DNA of 56,851 nucleotides, counting the filler, from Dugesia japonica (lineage: Eukaryota), in assembly GCA_001938525.1 (NCBI GenBank). It is 5 parts of 5 records of this genome, joined end to end, with 100 filler letters (N's around TTAATTAATTAA, not from the genome) between each part and the next. Parts side by side here need not be neighbours in the genome. Positions count along the whole stretch, not along the records: positions 45,788 to 56,851 come from MQRL01612843.1; 4 more parts are not named here. One strand, given 5' to 3'. The notes under the pieces were generated by a model. That model did not search any database. It saw nothing but the letters and a program-made list of their open reading frames with translations, and was not told where the DNA came from. Position numbers and translations under genes: made by a program. How positions within the stretch are numbered: position 1 is the first letter of the stretch; the number at the start of each line of letters is the position of its first letter. Positions 50,436-56,851 of the stretch are shown here, in pieces.

Positions 50436-50926
50436 TATTTTACATTTCTTATTTCGCATTTCTTATTTTACATTTCTTATTTCTTATTTCTTATTTCACA
50501 AGTTATATTTCACAAGTTATATTTCACATTTCNNNNNNNNNNNNNNNNNNNNNNNNNNNNNNNNNNNNNNNNNNNNNNNNNNNNNNNNNNNNNNNNNNNN
50601 NNNNNNNNNNNNNNNNCATTTCTTATTTCTTATTTCTTATTTCACAAGTTACATTTCTTATTTCACAAGTTACATTTCACAAGTTACATTTCTTATTTCG
50701 CATTTCTTATTTCACAAGTTACATTTCGCATTTCACAAGTTACATTTCACAAGTTACATTTCTTATTTCACAAGTTACATTTCACAAGTTATATTTCACA
50801 AGTTACATTTCACAAGTTACATTTCNNNNNNNNNNNNNNNNNNNNNNNNNNNNNNNNNNNNNNNNNNNNNNNNNNNNNNNNNNNNNNNNNNNNNNNNNNN
50901 NNNNNNNNNNNNNNNNNNNNNNNNNN
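50436..50926. repeat. Intergenic heptamer array (ATTTCAC/AAGTTAC/ATTTCTT/ATTTCGC) with N gaps
   Basis: Direct 7-bp periodicity. Confidence 0.9.
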
Positions 50927-51745
50927 TTGTTTACAGAGAGTCTTGATTTCGGATGAGAGATTATCATGTCCAGATTTGGTAGCTGAAATTAGTAATGTTA
51001 ACTTTTCAAATAATGCAATTGGATTTTCTTCCTTTATGGTTTTTTTTCTAGATTTAAGACCATGTCCTTTTACTGGTTCTTCTTTTTCTGTATCATATTC
51101 TGTTCCTGATTCTTGTTCTGGTTTAATCCCTTTCTTTCTTCTTTCTTTTACGGTTTTTTCTTTGGGTAGATCAACTTTTCTAAATTTATTTTTTAATTTA
51201 GTAACATAATCACAATTAGTTGGTAAAGGTGAAATTAATTTTAAATAAGTTTCGATTTCTTCAGGTGATTCTTTACCATCAATATTTCCTAGGATTAATC
51301 TAAAAATTCCATCTGAGTATGGTATAACTTCGGATTTAAATAAGAAATATTTATTATCATTTTCGGTGAATAAATGAATTTTATTTTCTTTTAGGGTTAT
51401 TTCTAGGAAACTTTTAATTTTATCAAGTGCTATGACATCTAATTTAGAAAACCTAGGGATAATTGTTTGAGTTAATTTTCCAGATGCATTAACGTTTTCA
51501 ATGGAATATTCAGGTGAGAATGGTAAAATTTTTTCATTTAAAAAGAATTTTGTTATATCATTAGTTTCTGATTTAGTTTGTTGTGTTCCAAGTTTTTCAA
51601 GTGCAGAGATCATTGGAAGTTGTAGAGTTGACATGTTAGATTGTAAAGTGTTATAATCTTGAACTTTAGAACAAAAAAAGATATTATATTTTTCTTGTGC
51701 TTTAATTAATGCTTTTAATTCTTTAATTCTTTGTTCGACTTCCAT
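50927..51745 (-). CDS. Conserved Polinton hypothetical protein (at least 273 aa; 3' end in N gap)
   Basis: C-terminal GHGL...ENPIALFEKLTLLISATKSGHDNLSSEIKTL resembles the Polinton motif GxG..DPxxLxxRLxLLxAxxxAGNxxxxxEI. Confidence 0.8.
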
Positions 51746-51807
51746 TATTTTCCTTTATGGTTTTTCCTTTATGGTTTCGCGTAGCTCTTTCTTTAAGATT
51801 TAATATG

Positions 51808-52521
51808 TTAATATTCATCTTCAGTTTCATCTTCATCTGTTTCATAATCATCTTCATCTTCATCTTCGGTTTCATCTGTTTCATCTTCAGTTTCATCATC
51901 AAAACCTTTTCCGGATTTATATGGATTTAGATATAAACCATTTCCTTTCTTAATTATATGAGTTCCGGATTTAAATTTTTTAGTTAAATTTTTAAATTTA
52001 GGATCAATATTTCTTAAATATTTATGAATTGCTTTTCCTTGCCATGGATTTAGGTAGATTCCACCTTTTCCTTTATGACTTTTGTCTTTATGACTTTTGT
52101 CTTTATGACTTTTGGTTTTTGGTTTCTTTTTCTTGATTCCTGATCCTGATGTTCCTGGTCCTGATGCTGGTGTTTCTTCTCCTTCTGCCTTTATGGCCTT
52201 TATGGATTTTTCTGTTGATAGTTTTTTAGCTTCTGTTTGTTTTTGCAATTCAATTAATTCACCTTGTTTTTGTTTATTAATAGCATCTCTAGAATTTGAT
52301 ACTGTTTGTGCAATGCCGGATGCAATTCCAGTTGAAGATGCTAAAGCACCAATAACCCATGGTATTGCAGCTAAGAATGCGAAACCACCTTCAGAATGTT
52401 TTTTAATAGCCTCATCTTTAACTTTTTTAGAAATATAATAATTTTTACCGTTAATACGTACAGATTTACATTTTCTAGAATTTATGATTTTAATTAATTC
52501 TTCTTCTGTTGCTTCTGACAT
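51808..52521 (-). CDS. Putative protease-processed core / membrane-lytic virion protein (237 aa)
   Basis: EGG-FAFLAAIPWVIGALASSTGIASGIAQTV hydrophobic helix, repeated GxG-(I/L)YLNP(W/Y), Lys-rich SHKDK repeats, acidic tail; similar to adintovirus pX/pVI-like proteins. Confidence 0.75.
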   Translation of the reverse strand: MSEATEEELIKIINSRKCKSVRINGKNYYISKKVKDEAIKKHSEGGFAFLAAIPWVIGALASSTGIASGIAQTVSNSRDAINKQKQGELIELQKQTEAKKLSTEKSIKAIKAEGEETPASGPGTSGSGIKKKKPKTKSHKDKSHKDKSHKGKGGIYLNPWQGKAIHKYLRNIDPKFKNLTKKFKSGTHIIKKGNGLYLNPYKSGKGFDDETEDETDETEDEDEDDYETDEDETEDEY

Positions 52522-52586
52522 TTTATAATATTAATATTTAGTATTTCTAATTTAATTAATAACAATTTACAATTTAATTTTAATAA

Positions 52587-52822
52587 TGACACATTTTCCA
52601 ATTTAGTATTTAACATTTAGAATTTAGAATTTAGTATTTTATATTTCCAATTTAGTATTTAGTATTTAACATTTTATATTTAGAATTTTATATTTAATAG
52701 TGACACATTTTCCAATTTAGTATTTAACATTTAGAATTTAGAATTTAGTATTTTATATTTAGAATTTAGTATTTAGTATTTAACATTTTATATTTAGAAT
52801 TTATATTTAGAATTTAGAATTT
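52587..52822. repeat. Intergenic heptamer array ATTT+NNN with a 114-bp higher-order duplication
   Basis: atttagt atttaac atttaga atttaga atttagt attttat...; tgacacattttcca occurs at 52587 and 52701. Confidence 0.9.
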
Positions 52823-55800
52823 AACATTTTAAATTATGATTTATTAGATCTAATCTGAAATGCCATTCTCCACAATTACATAGATATTGATTTCCATATG
52901 GCCATGTCCTTGTTGCATTGTCTTCGATTATTCTTTTATCAGAATAAGCTGTTAATGCAATTTTATCTTGTTTACTTAATTTAATTACATGGAGTTCTGA
53001 TTTTAAAGAATAATTTGTTCCATAGATTATTTTCTTTGGTTCATTTATGACTTTTTCAAATTCTTGCATGCCAATTTTATTGAAACTCTGAACACCTTTA
53101 TGTTTTTTAGTTAATTTTATTTTATTGTTATCTTCATATTCATATGCATAAGATTTAGGTTTTATAAAACAACATTTTAAAATTTTAGACTTTGGTAATT
53201 CATCTTTCATCTGGAAAAGATCATTACCGGTTAATGAATTAAGAATTTTAAGATTATCATTTCCAATGATCTCTATGAATACAGAATCAGTGTCAGAATA
53301 ATGAATTTTATAGTTATCTTCTCCTATTTTGGGTACTAATTGGTTATATACGAAATTATACATTACTTCTTTAGCATATTCTAGAATAGTGAATCCAAGA
53401 TATGGAAATTTGTTATATTTTAGATTAGTTTTTGTTAAGTGAACTGCGGCTAAAGAAGATGTGATTCCTGGTTCTAATTTAAAACTTTTACAACTTAAAT
53501 ATGTTGTTTTAGATAAAAGATTTTGATATTCTTTATCAGTTCCTACAATATGAACATTGCAACGGTTGCGAACATTTTCTAGGGTTTTACCATAGAATGA
53601 GTTGTTCAAATCTTTAAAGAAAGATACTCCGAATTCATCGTTGTTTTTTTTAGCTAGGGTTCTTTGTTCAATATTAAAATCAATGTAACTTTTTAACCAT
53701 GTTGATGTTGGCATTAGATATTTAGAATGTATCTTTTTTAATTTCATTCCTAATTTGAGATAAAGATCTAATGTTGAACCGAGGATTATATAATTTTTCT
53801 TATCTAATTGGTTCATTGTTAGTTTAATATTATCTTTTGTTAGATTTCTATTAAATGATTTTTGATAATTAGATAACATGTCAGGTGTAATAAGTATTCT
53901 ATCAGGTGCCAATGGAAAATATTTCGTTTTGTGATGTATTTCTCTTGGATAATCAAGATCAACTTCATAGAGATAATTCATTGTAGGAGTTGAAGGTTCA
54001 TATAGATATTCCATTTCATTAGTTATTTTGTTTAACACTGGTTCACATTCATAGAATTCTCCAGTTGGCAATGGTAATGTCATACATGATGCATATAAAG
54101 AGTTTGCATCAAGATATTTTATATGTCGATTTTCCATTATATTATCAACATTAATTTCTATGTTTGAATTCATCATTTTTATAAGATCTTCAAAATCTGA
54201 TTTATTTAATTCTCTGGTATATGGATTTTTAATGTTATCATGACTAAAGACATGTCGATCGCCTTCTTCACCTGAATAGCCACCTCGAACTCCGCGTTCA
54301 AATTTTAAGAAAGTGTTATAGGTTTCTGGTTTTGCATATTTAAGTTTAACTTGTGTGAATCGCATTCCAGCTTGCCATGTTAAACCTGATGCAGTGTAAC
54401 AATAACATGGATCTATTTTATAAAAGTCGAGACATATCTTTCTAAAATTTTCAATGTAATCTGCTAAGATTAGAACATCTAATCTCATGTAATGTAACAT
54501 GTAATTCCAAAGATTTTTAAATTTTTTCATGTCATTTTTAAATTCTTGATAATTGTTATCGGTGATTCCTTCTTGTCTTAGTATGCTAAAGAAATCTTGT
54601 TTCTCTGGTATTAGTTTTGATTTTAATAATTTAGTAATTTCTTCTGGATTGTTTCCTTTTACATAATCATATGGAAATACAGCTTTTTTAGGTTTTAGAT
54701 TGAAAGATGATAATATTTCATGATTTCCTGATATGGAAAGTGTTATTCCCATTTTTTCAACTGTTGTTTTACATATTTTTAATGAATCTAGGAATCTAAT
54801 ACGACCATAATTAAATGCGATATATTGATCATCAGAATGTGGAATTATATTTTTTACATATTTTGAATTATTATATAAAAGTTGTATGAAAAATAAATGA
54901 TTATCATAACCCATTGCATTGTGAAAATAACATGGGATGAATAGATTTTTTTCTGATTGTTTGCAATATTTATGTGCATAACCATGAGGTTCTTTGCTAT
55001 AATAATCATAATCAAAAATTGGATCTTTTAGAATTGGCTTTTCACAATAATAACAATTTGAATTTTCAATGAATTCTGGGTGTTCTTTTATGTAGTCTTT
55101 ATCTATATTATTAAATGTAATATTAATGTAATCAAGAAACTTTATAAATTCATTAACAACATTTTCACCTGTTGAATGATAATAATTAGTTGGTATTAAT
55201 TCTGGATATTCAGATTTTATATATATTCCTAGGCTTATTGGTTTTTGGATGTTATAACTATCGGTGTAACATTCGAAATCACAATATATTACAAATGGAA
55301 TTTTATTTTTGAAATAATAATTTTCAAATTTAAAGTATTCTTGATGTGGAAATGTAACATTAGTTGTTTTATGATGAAAGCATTCTTCTTGATGTTTTAA
55401 TAAGACATTTTCAGAAGAATAAATATTCATGCAACCAAGACATAATTTATTACCAGGTTTAATATCAAATAAAGCATGCACATTTCTAACTAATATAAAA
55501 TGGGATTTATAAATTAATAAGTTACATTTATTTTCTTCTGGTTTTGGTTTTACTGTGAAATGTTTAACACGAATTGGTATAATTTTAGCGTCTAATTCGA
55601 AAACATTTATTTTGTAATTATTTAACTTTTCGAAGATCTTAATATCCTCGAGTTCTGATGGGAAATTCATTCCTTGGATATTTAATTCTGGTAAATGTGG
55701 AATATAATTATTTACACGTGTTGGATTATGAAATTTATATTTATGTGCGAGAATTGAATATAATAAACATTTATCATCAAAATTTTCAATGTTAATAATT

Positions 55801-56630
55801 CCTTTTTTATTCATTTCTTTTGGTAATTCATGATAAGTAAATGCACCAGCTTTTATTCTTGAACCATATTTTTCTAATTGTATTCTATAATCAATTATAT
55901 GTGACATGCTCCAATTAGATTCGGCTAGATCTTTATTTCGCATATAATTTTCTAATCGTGTAAATACTTGATTTAATTTATTAGTTATTGAATCTTTTGC
56001 ATAAATTTTTACATTTGGTATGTAGGAATAAAATGTTGCTGTTCTATCTTCTTTTTCATAATGACATGCAACACCCATTCTAAAATAAAACTTATAACCT
56101 AGTTTAAAAAACTTTCTAACAATTTCTTCTATTTCTGGTCTAATAAATTCGGCTGACTCATATATTTCATCATTAATATTTTTTATCATTTTTAATCTAC
56201 TATTTAAATAGACATCGATATAATCATGTTCTGGATATGTTTGTTGGTTAAATACTTCAGTGATATGTTTTGGTTTTGATTTCCAATTTTTATCTATTTT
56301 CTTTTGTAATAGTAAATGTCGTTGATTAGTTCTTTTATGTTCATTTATTAATTCTAAAGTATCAAAATGTCTATCACAGAGTTCACAATATAATTCTATT
56401 TTACCACATGGAGTTTTTTTCATGTGAACATTTAATGCATGTGGTGTTCTAAAATTTTTATTGCAAACTGGACATGGGGCATAATCATTTGAATCAATAA
56501 TATAACATTTTCTAGATGATACATGCGAATTTAAACCACGTCTATTTTTAAATAATTTATTACAATTGGGACATGTTAATTCAGTCATTTTTATTTTATC
56601 CTCTTTTTTTATTATATAAAATTTAATCAT
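52821..56630 (-). CDS. polB: Protein-primed family B DNA polymerase with terminal-protein region and zinc fingers (1269 aa; alternative start 56588)
   Basis: ExoI YCDFEC, ExoII FHNAMGYD, ExoIII YMRLDV, motif A YLDANSLYASCM, motif B KDLNNSFYGK, motif C YSDTDS, KPKSY, KGV; Polinton-type GIINIENFDDKCLLYSILA. Confidence 0.97.
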   Translation of the reverse strand: MIKFYIIKKEDKIKMTELTCPNCNKLFKNRRGLNSHVSSRKCYIIDSNDYAPCPVCNKNFRTPHALNVHMKKTPCGKIELYCELCDRHFDTLELINEHKRTNQRHLLLQKKIDKNWKSKPKHITEVFNQQTYPEHDYIDVYLNSRLKMIKNINDEIYESAEFIRPEIEEIVRKFFKLGYKFYFRMGVACHYEKEDRTATFYSYIPNVKIYAKDSITNKLNQVFTRLENYMRNKDLAESNWSMSHIIDYRIQLEKYGSRIKAGAFTYHELPKEMNKKGIINIENFDDKCLLYSILAHKYKFHNPTRVNNYIPHLPELNIQGMNFPSELEDIKIFEKLNNYKINVFELDAKIIPIRVKHFTVKPKPEENKCNLLIYKSHFILVRNVHALFDIKPGNKLCLGCMNIYSSENVLLKHQEECFHHKTTNVTFPHQEYFKFENYYFKNKIPFVIYCDFECYTDSYNIQKPISLGIYIKSEYPELIPTNYYHSTGENVVNEFIKFLDYINITFNNIDKDYIKEHPEFIENSNCYYCEKPILKDPIFDYDYYSKEPHGYAHKYCKQSEKNLFIPCYFHNAMGYDNHLFFIQLLYNNSKYVKNIIPHSDDQYIAFNYGRIRFLDSLKICKTTVEKMGITLSISGNHEILSSFNLKPKKAVFPYDYVKGNNPEEITKLLKSKLIPEKQDFFSILRQEGITDNNYQEFKNDMKKFKNLWNYMLHYMRLDVLILADYIENFRKICLDFYKIDPCYCYTASGLTWQAGMRFTQVKLKYAKPETYNTFLKFERGVRGGYSGEEGDRHVFSHDNIKNPYTRELNKSDFEDLIKMMNSNIEINVDNIMENRHIKYLDANSLYASCMTLPLPTGEFYECEPVLNKITNEMEYLYEPSTPTMNYLYEVDLDYPREIHHKTKYFPLAPDRILITPDMLSNYQKSFNRNLTKDNIKLTMNQLDKKNYIILGSTLDLYLKLGMKLKKIHSKYLMPTSTWLKSYIDFNIEQRTLAKKNNDEFGVSFFKDLNNSFYGKTLENVRNRCNVHIVGTDKEYQNLLSKTTYLSCKSFKLEPGITSSLAAVHLTKTNLKYNKFPYLGFTILEYAKEVMYNFVYNQLVPKIGEDNYKIHYSDTDSVFIEIIGNDNLKILNSLTGNDLFQMKDELPKSKILKCCFIKPKSYAYEYEDNNKIKLTKKHKGVQSFNKIGMQEFEKVINEPKKIIYGTNYSLKSELHVIKLSKQDKIALTAYSDKRIIEDNATRTWPYGNQYLCNCGEWHFRLDLINHNLKC

Positions 56631-56661
56631 AGTATATGTTTCCTCTTAAATTCAAAGACGA

Positions 56662-56812
56662 TATTTTGAAATTTCGCATTTAGAATTTATAATTTTGGAA
56701 TTTAGAATTTTAGAATTTCGCATTTAGAATATGAAATTTCGCATTTCGCATTTTAGAATTTAGAATTTTGGAATTTTGCATTTAGAATATGAAATTTCGC
56801 ATTTCGCATTTT
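56662..56812. repeat. Heptamer array upstream of polB (ATTTCGC/ATTTAGA/ATTTTGGA)
   Basis: Direct. Confidence 0.85.
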
Positions 56813-56851
56813 AACCCTTGTACCCCTGGGACATTAAGGGTTGTTTTATAT

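Larger units (their letters stand above)
45788..56851 (-). mobile_element. Polinton/Maverick (adintovirus-like) dsDNA virus segment, incomplete in window
   Basis: Intronless co-oriented ORFs for pPolB, adenain-type protease, single-jelly-roll penton and other Polinton-type proteins fill the whole scaffold. Confidence 0.93.

Noticed and set aside
46193-51786. AGCTACGC (46193) and GCGTAGCT (51779) upstream of two viral ATGs
   Set aside because: Only two 8-mers, in opposite orientations; chance cannot be excluded
46582-52438. Plus-strand ORFs within the viral region (46582, 48644, 50059, 50943, 52112)
   Set aside because: Antisense shadows of well-supported minus-strand genes, with no motifs
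49381-52822. Repeat arrays considered as CRISPR-like
   Set aside because: No unique spacers between repeats, no cas genes, and a eukaryotic context

Overview
Very AT-rich animal genomic DNA with spliceosomal genes and many 41-47 nt introns; the composition and TE content look flatworm-like, which is inference only. The window is not one locus. Four identical 100-bp artificial linkers (44N+TTAATTAATTAA+44N) join five scaffolds: 1-14700, 14801-26699, 26800-36080, 36181-45687 and 45788-56851. Scaffolds 1-4 hold host gene pieces (laminin beta LE exons, the 3' part of a SEL1L3-like gene, a complete 4-exon orphan gene, the first exons of an MFSD6-like transporter) among decayed Gypsy, mariner and hAT elements, MITEs and satellites. 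They also hold three related ~3 kb TG..CA elements (the two complete ones with 4-bp TSDs) that carry exon-like cargo ORFs, and two of these share an unrecognised peptide motif. Scaffold 5 is entirely an apparently intact Polinton/Maverick (adintovirus-like) dsDNA virus segment with eight co-oriented minus-strand genes: zinc-finger-decorated protein-primed PolB, a protease-processed core/membrane-lytic protein, a conserved Polinton protein, penton, adenain protease, a putative fibre, a membrane protein and an orphan. Its spacers are variant-heptamer arrays, a strand-biased CTTTATGG motif recurs, and two gene starts are duplicated. No major capsid, packaging ATPase, integrase, TIR or host junction is visible within the window.
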